A stretch of 64,000 nt of DNA from Eledone cirrhosa (taxonomy: Eukaryota): positions 71,734,001 through 71,798,000 of the forward strand of contig OZ024741.1 in NCBI GenBank assembly GCA_964016885.1, written 5' to 3'. The position numbers and the translations under genes are program-made. The notes below the pieces were generated by a model. That model ran no database searches. It was given only the letters and a program-made list of their open reading frames with translations, and had not been told where the DNA came from. Positions 53,289 to 64,000 of this stretch are shown here, one piece after another; position 1 is the first letter of the stretch; each line of letters starts with the position of its first letter.

Positions 53289-53407
53289 TCTGCATGTTAA
53301 GCATGGCCAGCTACATGATGTCTTCTTTCTTGCTAACTAAAACTTTTGTCTTTCCTAAGTTTACTCTTGATTTTAGATTTTACTTCTACACTGGAAATAT
53401 CTTTATC

Positions 53408-53600
53408 ATAATAATAATGGTTTCTGATTTAGGCACAAGGTCAACAATTTGGTTGGATGGTAAAGTCAATTAAATCAGCCCCAGTGCATTACTGGTACTT
53501 TATTTTATCCATCCTGGAAGGATGAAAAGCAAAGTTGATCTTAGCGAGATTTGAACACAAAATACAAAGAGCTGGTACAAATACTCCAAGACATGTACTT
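53408..53600 (-). mobile_element. Decayed Meta-type SINE
   Basis: CAGTGCATTACTGGTACTTTATTTTATC...GGATGAAAAGCAAAG...ATTTGAAC. Confidence 0.6.
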
Positions 53601-54723
53601 TGTCCAGCTCTCTGTTCCCGCTTATTCGCTGTTTGATTGTGTCAAATTAATTCTTATCACCCTGTATTGATTTACAAAACATTTTAAATATGTGTTTGTT
53701 AATTCAAATATTTAAAAGTATCTTTACTGATCATTGTAAACATTTTCAGAATCAGACTTTAACTTTTCATTTGATGCAGTCATAGTACTGTTTTGTAGTT
53801 TTCAAGAATGTCTTGCTCATGTGGTTTGTTGATTCAAATGTTTATATCATTATAGATCATTGTGAAAATATGCAATAAACTAAAGACTTATATTTTTTAT
53901 GTGATACAGTTATAGCACTGTTATGTACTTTTCAAGAATGTCTTGCTAATGTGGTTTCATGTTGTACAGGTCATTAAGAGTAAAATATAAATGATTGATT
54001 TAAAATAAATTGCCCTTTCTTAAATTTTGATTTCCATCTGTTTCAGAAATTTCCATACATTGTTGTCACCACAATAACTTCTATATTGACTCAGTAATGT
54101 TATTGGACCAGCCTGTTGCCGATTCTAGGTGCTGCTGTTGTCGCTACTGCTGTTACTGCAACCACCACCACCACCGCCACTATCATCGCTGCCACTCTCT
54201 GGCAGACTAGTTCATCGTTTGGTGTGGGGATTTATAAAATGTCCTGTATAGCGCCCATCTTAGGACTGCCACTACTACTACCCCTACACAAGCAACAACA
54301 ACGACAACTGCTACTACTACAACAGCAGCAACAACAACACCATCGTAGTCATCATTGTGACTGTCACCACCGTAGTCGCCGCCGCCACTGCTATTACTAT
54401 TTTAAAAACAACTACCACGACCACCACCATCACTGTCTTTGTTGGCAGTGTTGCACAGCACCTTTTCCCCCCTCCTCCTCTTCTTACTCTTGTCGGTCAC
54501 TTACACCCCAGTATCTTTGTCACAGTCATTTCACTGTTACATAGTTCATCTAGGTCTCTTCTTCACCACCCCAGCCTTCACCCCCCCCCCAGCCTTCACC
54601 CCCTCCCAAATTCTCTACTACTACTGCTGCTGATACTACTGATACAACTGCAAAACTCCTGTTAACTTCACAGCTAGCCCCATCGTCACCACCACCATAA
54701 TTACCACTACACTCAGAAAAGGT

Positions 54724-54836
<113 letters not shown>

Positions 54837-55041
54837 ATCCAGTTGACACATGTTGGGTTTTTCAACTAGTCCTACACTCCCACACAATAATAAAACAACA
54901 AAACAATAATACCCCCACCCCCTCATTTTTCACAAATATCTAACCAGTCAATCAGTTAGTCAGTCAATCAACCAATCAATCAACCAACCCTTGCTTACTT
55001 GAATTGGAGGGGCTACAGCTCACCACTGATTGGCTTGCCGG

Positions 55042-55123
55042 ATGAGAGCAAGACTGAAGAATGTTGTTCTTTTGCTGGTCATCGGCTTCATTGTGCCTAT
55101 ATTCTTCATACTGACCCGACCAG
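55042..55123 (+). CDS. Probable first coding exon of a host type II membrane protein (signal-anchor, Golgi-enzyme-like N-terminus)
   Basis: ATG at 55042 gives MRARLKNVVLLLVIGFIVPIFFILTRP, followed by a consensus donor CAG|GTAAGT (phase 1). A candidate acceptor TTTCCATCTGTTTCAG| ends at 54046. Confidence 0.6.
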
Positions 55124-55265
55124 GTAAGTTGTTTACATTTATTAAGCAATGTTTAAAACACCTACAACCCTCTCACACCCTCATTATGCTTATATACTTC
55201 ATGCTGATACAACCACGTAAGTTGTTTACTTTTTTTAAACATCTAAAGTCTTTTTGCACCACCTA

Positions 55266-58200
55266 CCGTATATACGTATATCATCATCATCATCATCATC
55301 ATCACCGTTTTACGTCCGTTCTTCCATGCTAGCATGGGTTAGACGGGTTGGTCCTGTTGTGGGCAGTGTCTGGTTGGCTGACCATGCCTTGCTCATATAG
55401 GAACTGATTTTGGCTTGGTTTCTACAGCTGGATGCCCTTCCTAACACCAACCTCATTTACAGTGAGTGCTGGGTGCTTTTTTTCCGTGGCTCCTACACGT
55501 CCACTTTACAGTGTGGGCTGGGTGCTTTTTTGCAGTGGGAGGGTGTGGGGGCATATTGTCTATATGCTTCAGCTTGTACCCATGGGAGGTCAGGTACTCT
55601 GTATTACTGCGTGACGCCAGAGGTCACGGTCGTGTGTCATCACATTTGAGAGGTGTAATTGGGTAAGGTCGGCTTTTATCACCTCATCCCAGGTCTTCTT
55701 GGGTCTCCCCACTCCGCGGTTTCCATCGACTTCTAGTGCTCTGCACCTTTTTATGCAGCTGTCATCCTACATATGCATCACATGTCTATACCAACGCAAC
55801 CGTCTCTTCTGCACACAGCATTTGATTCCTCTTATGCTCAGTCTCTCTCTCAATTCATTTATGCTTTGCCGTTCGCGTATATTACTATTACACATCCATC
55901 GGAGCATGCAGGCTTCGTTTCTTTCTAATCTACGTAAGTTTTCCACCTTCAGCACCCAGGTCTCACTACCATGTAACATTACTGTTCGGATGCACGCATC
56001 ATACAGTCTGCCTTTCATTTTGAGGGAGAGGCCTTTTGCAGCTCGCAGTGGCAGTAGTTCCCTGAACTTCTTCCATTCCGTTCTTACCCTAGTTATTGTA
56101 CTTTCTGAACACCCACCTCCGCTGCTAATTCGGTCACCTAGGTAGCAGAAGCTGTCTACTGTTTCTACAGAGCCCTCTCAGAGATTGGTGGTACTTGTTT
56201 CCTGTGGCTGTTTGCTGCTTGCTGTCCCAGCACAGCTGCTACATGTGAAGCCTACATTCTTAATTAAGCTTCTTGAGATCCCGCTACATCTCTTGTGTAC
56301 CGATTGTTTGCATTTGGGGCAGAGAATGGAGTTCCTACCTACACCTTTTCTACATACTGAGTAAGGCCATTTCCTTGAAGGGATCTGGGTTCTGTTTTCT
56401 CGTCTACTTACAAGGACCTTAGTCTTTGTCATGTTGACTTTGAGACCCTTTCTTTCTAGTCCCTGCTTTCAAGTTTGGAATTTCTTCTCTAGTTCTACCA
56501 TAGATTCAGCTATAAGTGCGAGGTCATCTGCATACAGGAGTTCCCATGGGCATCCGGTCTTAAACTCCTCCGTTATTGCTTGCAGGACTGATGAACAGGA
56601 GAGGGCTAAGAACAGAGCCCTGGTGGACACCAACCTGTACGCTAAATTCCTTGCTATACTCATTGCTAATCCTAACTTTGCTGACTGCTCCCCTATACAT
56701 GGCTTGTACAGCTTTCACAAGCCATTCATCTACTCCTAGTTTTCTAAGAGCCCACCAGATTATAGCATGTGGAACTCTGTCAAAGACTTTCTCGACATCG
56801 ACGAATGCCAGGTAGAGTGGCTTACTTTTAGCTAGGTACTTTTCCTATAACTGCCTCACAAGGAAGAGGGCATCAGTGGTGCCTCTTTCTGGTACAAACC
56901 CAAATTGCATCTCATCTAGTTTCACCCGGTCCCAAATCAACTGTGCTATAATTCTTTCTGTTACTTTCATGACCTGGTCCATCAGCTTTATACCTCTATA
57001 GTTTCCTCTATCTAGTGCATCACTTTTACCTTTGTAGCAGTTGACAATGATGCTACTGCACCAGTCTTTTGGTATGACACCTTCTACTATTACCTGGTTA
57101 ATAATACGTGTGGTTATAGTGTGACCTACTGACCCAGATGCCTTCAGCATCTCGGCAGCTATACCCGATGGACCGGTTGCCTTCCCCATCTTCATATCTT
57201 TGATTGCCTTACTTACGCTGCTGCTGACTTGTACTGCTGGCCCTTCTATAGGGTCTACTTGGGGTAGGGTCTCTTCCCATACATTCTCCTCATTTAGTAA
57301 TCTATCATAATGGCTCTTCCATGGATCTTTCTTCTCAGCACTTGTGAGAGCAAGCTCACCTTTATCATTCCGAATACACTTCTCTACAATGACATCACAA
57401 TTCTCTCTGACACATTGCCTCGCAATCTTGAACACCTCCTGTTTCTGGTCCTCACGTTGCAAAACATGCTTGAATTTTCTATCCTCTGCTTCCCTCCTAG
57501 CTAAGTATACTTGTCGCCTAGCTTCCCTCTTGGTCTCTATGTAATGTACTCCCGTTCTTCCATTCTTTCCATGCCTGTCTCTTGGCCTTAACTGCTTCAT
57601 ATACCTTATTGTACCACCACCAAGTCAATCTTCTCCTGCTTGTGGTCTTACTCCAGCCACAGATCTCATCCGTCGCCTCTAGTAAGTTATTTTTTAGGAA
57701 CTCCCAGTGCACTTCTACATTGAATGTCTCTATCTGTTCTTCTTTACTGTCGTAGGCGTTGAGTAAAATATCTTTAAATCTGTTACTGGCTGAGGGGTCT
57801 TTCAGTTTCCAGATCTTTCTTCTCCAGGTTGGCCTCTGTTTCCAGGTTCGTCTAGTTCTGACCGTGAGGTCGCTGACAACTAAGCTATGTTGGGAGGTAC
57901 ATTCCTCACTAGGGAAGGCTTTTGTGTTTACGACCATCCATCTGTCCACCTGATGAGGATAAAATCTATCCGACTAGAATGCTCCCCTGATTTATAGGTG
58001 ATCAGGTGGTTGTCGGGTTTTTTGAAGTTTGTGTTACATATCGACATGTCATTGGCGTCGCAGAATTCTAGAAGTCTGAATCCTTCTTCATTTCTTGTGC
58101 CAACCCGATGGACTCTATTGAAGCCGTCACAGTGTTTACCTACGTGTTCGTTAAAATATCCTGCGATGATTAGGAAGTCATTGTCGTTTGTTAGAGCAGT

Positions 58201-59023
58201 ACTGTGCATTAGGGACTCGTAAAACCTTTCCTTAAGTTCGTCTGGCAACCCCGATTGGGGTGCGTAAGCTGATATTATTGTGGTAATTGTTTTATTCAGG
58301 GCTAGTCTGAGTTTAATGATTCTTGCATTTACCCTGTACACTGAGATTACTTTATCTACCCACTTGTCAGCTAGTAGTATACCTACACCACCCATCCCAT
58401 CGTCATTTCCCACCCAGAAAAATTTGTAGCACTGACTTTTTCCTACAAGGACTCTAGCAGACTCTCCTCTCCATCTAGTCTCTTGCACACAGCATACATC
58501 AATTTCCTTTCGTTCTAGCATTTCTATGATTTCTCCTGCTCTTCATTTCATTGTGCTTACATAAGCCAAGAAATGCATGACAAAAATTTGATGGTGAAAT
58601 GGGAGGTTGACTTATATTTGAGGTCAATATTTTGCCTATTTTCACCAACTTCAAAATTCTATATGAGGTGCTAAAATATTTTTGCTTTGGAGGTGAATAT
58701 TTACACCAGTTTCACTTTCAGCATGAAATTCGTTATTGATGTGTTTTGAATGAATATGGCCTTCAAATTGGTTGGAAATTGGTAATAAAATATCATTATA
58801 TGATGGAATTCATAAACAAAATCTATACTCAAAATGACACTTAAAATATTTTAAATATCAAAATATTAAAACTTCATAAATATATTCTCCACTCACGAAC
58901 ATTTCAAAACTGTGCCATCTAAACATTGTCTTTATTTGCTGCCTCAGTTTATACACAGGGTTTGGATGTTTGTCCACTCTCAGACATAAAATAGGAGGTT
59001 GGCTTATATTTGAGTATATACGG
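55266..59023. mobile_element. pogo/Tigger-like MITE whose left TIR is split by the RTE LINE
   Basis: TA|CCGTATATACGTATAT [LINE] ATAAGCCAAG ... GGCTTATATTTGAGTATATACGG|TA. Confidence 0.75.
55281..58560 (-). mobile_element. Near-full-length RTE subfamily C LINE (APE endonuclease + RT + PHD-like insert), many frameshifts
   Basis: CCVQETRW, SAYAPQSG, IDFIL, SQHSLVV, NYRGIKL, MQFGFVP, LYADD and HGSETW, with a (GAT)n tail. Confidence 0.93.
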
Positions 59024-59065
59024 TATTTAATTCTTCATGTAGATAATCTCTTTAATTTTTTTTAA

Positions 59066-59192
59066 CCCTTTTGATACCAAACTGCCTGAAATTGTCTGTG
59101 ATTCTTTCATACAAACCCCTATATTTTGATGTATTTATATTTATCTAAAAACCTTGACAATGTCTTTCACTAGAAATATGGTAAAGAAGGGG
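59066..59192. mobile_element. piggyBac-type MITE
   Basis: TTAA|CCCTTTTGATACC ... GGTAAAGAAGGGG|TTAA. Confidence 0.65.
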
Positions 59193-59619
59193 TTAAACAA
59201 CATTAAAACATTTAAAGCCCTCTTACTCTCTTGAAAACTCTGCACAACCCTGCTGGGGCACTTTGTAACATAATACTCTAACAGTTTGAGAACTATTTTG
59301 TTTAAATTTCATAAAACAGTGTTCAGTCATTCATTAAGTCTTATGTGAAAAGATAGCATCTCAAGACTCTAATCATCAATTTACATTTTCAAAGTTGTTT
59401 TTCTCTGCTCTGCTAGATAGGATGTGGAGGAAATAACAGAAGAGGGAAAAGAAAATTGAAGAAAGGAAAGGACAAAGAAAGTATTGTAATTTATAAAAAG
59501 AAATTGTGTGTACATGTGTATTTATGAATGTGAGCCTGTCATCTGCACCTTAATAAAATGTGGTGCGATAAATAAATATATATACATATACACCAAGTCC
59601 AAACATAGTGGAACCAAAC

Positions 59620-59985
59620 TGTGGACATAATAGAGAAGGCATTTCCCTGGAGGATGGTGAGGAAGACGTGTTGGAAGAGCCATTCCAGCTTGCGAGACTC
59701 ACACCTGCGGGTAGCCAACTCTGTGCTGATGGTGATGAGTAGGGAGGTGGCTCTAGGGCCAAGGACACTAGAAGTCTCCACTGCTACGGCTTGACTGCAA
59801 ACCTGTCAGAGAGCGACCGATATTTGGAGAGTTTACCCTCCTCGGCTTGAAGTGCAGCAGAGCCTGGGTTAGTCGCAGACTGCACCATGTTGCTGCTGGA
59901 GAATGTGTCACTGCATGTGGCATCCCAGATGAGGGGTTTACCACTGCGGAATGGGAAGATAGTCAGGCCGTCAGGACAGCAGGTG
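59620..59985 (-). mobile_element. CRE-like non-LTR retrotransposon C-terminal RLE remnant
   Basis: Minus strand PDGLTIFPFRSGKPLIWDATCSDT...AEEGKLSKY, then a frameshift, then AVETSSVLGP...ILQGNA. Confidence 0.75.
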
Positions 59986-60654
59986 GAGGCTGAAAGAGGC
60001 TACAATCAATCCACAGTGACATCTGTGCCTGCTAATTTAAGTTGTCTCTCTCACCTGTTTATTTCAATATTGAAATGTTTGAGGCAATTTGTTGTTAATT
60101 TAATATGTTGATTTTTTTAAACAATGAACCTTAATATGGCGTATTCTTATATTTGTCAAGCCATTAAATCTTGACACTGCCTTGAAAGGATTTTAGTTGA
60201 TCATATTGATCTCGGCATTTGTTTTTCAAGTCTGGCATTTCTTTTACTGATCTATTTTTTGTTGTTGTTGTGTTGTATCCTTAAACAAGATACTTTATTT
60301 CACATTGCTCCCTCCAGTTCACCCAGCTGGAAAAAATATAGGCCTTTGTCTTTCCTTTTGGACATTGGTGGCCTGGAGTGGGGAGACTGCTGGGCTTTCA
60401 CAAAAACAATTTGCCCAGGCTTGTGCTTCGGAGAGGAACTTACTAAGTGCAAAATTATGGTCAGTCATGACCTATACTTCATTTAACAGTGTTCTTTTGT
60501 ATGTTTTAGAGATTAAGTTTAAGGCCATGCTAGCATACTGTCTTCAGTGTGTTAACAGATAAACATATAAAATCAACTTGTTGTTTCATGCTTTATCCTT
60601 TAAATTCTTTTGTATGTAACAGCTGAAAGATGCATAATTGTTAGTAACTGTGAT

Positions 60655-61035
60655 AGACCAGCTGTTATTCTGCGAAGCTGGTAATAAGCATAGGCCAGAT
60701 GTAAAATGTAGGCCTCCCAGAGCTGTAGGTCAGATGTAAAATTGAAGCCTCCCAGAGCTTTGAGCCCCCCCCCCCCCCCCCCCCCCCAAGCTGGTAATAG
60801 GCCCAAGCCAGTTGTAAAATGTAGGATCCCCTGCAGTTTGTATTTGTAATAGACTTAGACCAGATGTAAAATGTAAGCTCCCAGAGCTGGTAATAGGCTC
60901 AGGCTAGAGCTAGGCCTAGACCAGATGTAAAATGCCCCCCCCCCACACACACACTCAACCCACACATGGTTATATGTAAAATATAGGCTCTTAAAGCTGG
61001 TTAAAGGCTACAGCCAGATATAAAATGTAGGCCTT
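60655..61035. repeat. Degenerate ~40-45 bp minisatellite with poly-C tracts
   Basis: Recurrent CCAGATGTAAAATGTAGG..CCCAGAGCTGGTAATAGGC. Confidence 0.75.
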
Positions 61036-61162
61036 ATTTCAAACTTTTCATTAAATATTTTAATAATCAGTGCTAAATACATATGATTTATACACAGTTT
61101 ACAAATATATATATATGTACATGCAGTGTGTATGATTTACGCATGGTTTATAAGCATACAAA

Positions 61163-61480
61163 GGCATGTTGCTTTGTGTTTAGGGTTGCTTGCGATCATA
61201 AGGTCCTGACTTCAAGTCTCTGTGGCATGTTGTGTCATTTAGCATGATACTTTATTTCATGCGCTCCAGTCCACTCAGCTGGCAAAAATAAGTTGTACTT
61301 GTAATTCAAAGAACCAACTTTGTCACAATCTGTGTCACACTGAACCTCCCTAGGATCTATGTCACAGTTACATATGTCTGTGGATTGCTCGACAATTTGC
61401 ATGTTAATTTTACAAGTAAGCTGTTCTGTTGATTGTATTAACTGAAACTCTCATCACTAAAACCAATGGAGTGTCAACAA
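61163..61480 (+). mobile_element. Decayed CORE-type SINE
   Basis: ACTTTATTTCAT.GCTCCAGTCCACTCAGCTGG follows a tRNA-like head. Confidence 0.55.
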
Positions 61481-62136
61481 CACAAGTATAAACATTTTTA
61501 TGTTATGTACATGATGTATAACAGAGCAATATAACAGAACTAAAACTTGAGGTGCACAGGACTTCTCATAATCATAGCCCCCATACCAACTGACCAACCA
61601 GTCCTCTCTGTTATGGCTTATCTGTTACTGAGTAATGTTGCATTTGTGACTCCTTAGGAGCTGATGGACTAACATTTTAATGAAACACCTTAGGCTTTGC
61701 TCAAACATGTATGCTGAGTTACATTTATGTAGTTCAAACATGTAGAATTTCATGCATGGCACTCAAACATGTACGTAGATTAACATTTATACAGTCCAAC
61801 ATGAATACAGTTACGTGTATGTAGCTCAAAGTTATATTTATGCATCTCAAACACATATATTTTGCTAAACAAAGATTCTGTTATCACAAAAAATAAAGGT
61901 TACTGAGATAAGAACTTTGAGAGTTAGGTGCATTATTTGTGTTCCAATTTGTAGATATAAAATATCTCAACCAACTCTCTCCCTTCTTAACCATGTCTAC
62001 TGCTATATTAATAGTACAAAATATACATATAACTATAATACTTGCTTAAAGGTGTATGTTTATTTCTAGGTGATAAGGCACAAAGAAGTACCAAGCTTTA
62101 TGCATAATTATCAACCTGTCTTGCTAGAAAATTTAA

Positions 62137-62336
62137 CCCTTTTGTTACCATATTTCTAATGAAACACACTGTATAGTTATTGATGAATTTTGAAGAATTT
62201 ACTAAAATTATTGCTTCACCATTAAGATAGTATTTGTAACATAACAAAGGTGAAATTATGTTGGAAGTTTTTAATTTAAATAGAAATCTTTTAAAATGAA
62301 TTAAAGGTGGTTTTGAGTGGGTTGCTGTCAAAAGGA
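62137..62336. mobile_element. piggyBac-type MITE
   Basis: TTAA|CCCTTTTGTTACCATATTTC ... TCAAAAGGA|TTAA. Confidence 0.65.
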
Positions 62337-63794
62337 TTAATATCTGAAATATTTCTTCTGCTTTATTTACATGCAGGGTTGGCTTCAGTTATTGTTTTAA
62401 TCCGAGATTTTCTTCATTAAGTTGACTTATGATCAATTGGAGACCATTCTATATTTTATTCAAATATACTGTATATATATATATAGGTGGTAAATTGGCA
62501 GTCATTAGAATATTGGGTTAACCTGCTTGATACCAACCCTCTCTAAACTGCCTGTAGTTCTATAAAACCAAATTACCCATTGTAAAGGTTATTTTATATA
62601 ACAACCATATGTTTAGTTATCTTAGTAATGAAATAGTTACTAATTTTAGTAAATTTCTCAAAATTCTTCATTAAAGAATTGAAATAGAAAGTATTTTATT
62701 AGAAATATCGTCATGTAAGGGCTGATTGTTCAGTGGCATTAGTTCCACCTCTCTGCATTTTGAGTTCAAATCCTGTCATGGTTAATTTTACTTTTCATCC
62801 TTCCAATGTTGATAAAGTACCAATCAGTGTTTTCATGAGTGTTCGACCATGGAACAGCCTGCTCATAGAATATTGATGTTCAAGTGACTAATTATTCTAT
62901 AGACCTATGTACCCTGAACATAATTCTCAGGAAGATTCAGTGTGATACAGTGTATGACAAAGCTGACCCTTCGAATTACAGGTACAGTCCATCTGAGGGG
63001 CTTTCAAGCAGTGTCTGTCTACCCAGTTTCACTGACAAGACTTGGATTAACCCAAGTCTATGGTAAATGATACTTGACCAATTCATAGTAGTGGGTTGGT
63101 GGAATTGTTAGTGTTGAACATGATGCTCAGAAATAGTACTTTTGTCCCTTTGCCTACAATGACGCTGGTATTGAACTATATCAGCCCATGCCTTTTTCCT
63201 GGACAACATCAGTGATGTAGAGAAGAGGAGAATTGCATTCATGGGTGATAAAATCCAAAATTAAGTTGTGAAGCAAACCTCTTCACCACACAGCCATGTT
63301 TACATTTATATTTTATGTAGAGTTTATATAAATCAAAATTATGTATGATTGCATTGCTAAATTCAATTAGCTTTGGGTGCTTTTCATGGTGTATATTTTG
63401 TTGGGAGCATTTGGGCCAAGGCTCTAATCTGAGAGTACTTTACTACATCTTCACATATGTGACAAAGTGTCATGGACTCTGTCCTTATTTCTCTCACTTA
63501 GTTATAAAGTTAGTCTTTCTCAAACCAAGAGGCTCATCAGGTCAGAGCCTATCTTGGTCTCGTGTGATGCTAACTTTGGATTTATGATACAAAATGGCTC
63601 ATTTGAAAATGCCTATCCTTATATTAAAATCTTCCATTGTAATTTTATTTTAGAAATTTTTTCTTAGATAACATTCCAAGCATCAGCTTACTTATAAAAA
63701 AAAAAATGTAGTTATTTTATTAAATTCCTCCAATATCTTTCATTAAAAATATGGTAACGAAATGATTGAAGTTATGAAGTCAAAGTGTTTCTCA

Positions 63795-64000
63795 GATCCT
63801 GAACACTATAGATCTTGCTTGCAGTCTGACCTGGACACAATGCAACAATGGATCTCAGACTGGTAACTCAAGCTAGTTGTGGACAAGTGCACCATCATGC
63901 ATTTTGGGAGTAAAAACCCAGCGTCCACATACTCCCTCCACAGCACTAATATCAAGAAGTCTTCTTGTGAACGTGACCTGGGCATTACGGTCAGCAGCGA
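63795..64000 (+). mobile_element. CR1-like LINE RT C-terminal fragment (runs off the window)
   Basis: LQSDLDTMQQWISDW*LKLVVDKCTIMHFG...ERDLGITVSS. Confidence 0.8.

Overview
Repeat-saturated, AT-rich animal genomic DNA. The mix of CORE-type and Meta-type tRNA-derived SINEs, RTE LINEs with (GAT)n tails and very long (TA)n arrays suggests an octopod cephalopod (inference). Almost all protein-like ORFs are transposon remnants. These include at least three RTE-clade LINE subfamilies, a Penelope-like element, HERO-like and CRE-like RLE retrotransposons, a CR1-like fragment, a decayed autonomous Helitron, four non-autonomous Helitron units, Chapaev3, a maT-like Tc1/mariner, and several MITEs. The long Y/I/H/C ORFs are microsatellite artefacts. 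One probable host coding exon (type II membrane anchor, 55042-55123) suggests much of the window is intronic. The most notable observations are: (1) a C4HC3 PHD finger inside the reverse transcriptase of all three RTE subfamilies, which repeatedly sit in (TA)n; (2) a tail-to-tail pair of short non-autonomous retroelements with an HDV-like head, C2H2 remnant and 3' stem-loop; (3) a precise CTAG|TC Helitron dimer; (4) a TRIM-like LTR element nested in a Helitron; (5) SINE tail swapping between LINE partners; (6) hammerhead-like motifs. All calls are by eye, with no database searches.
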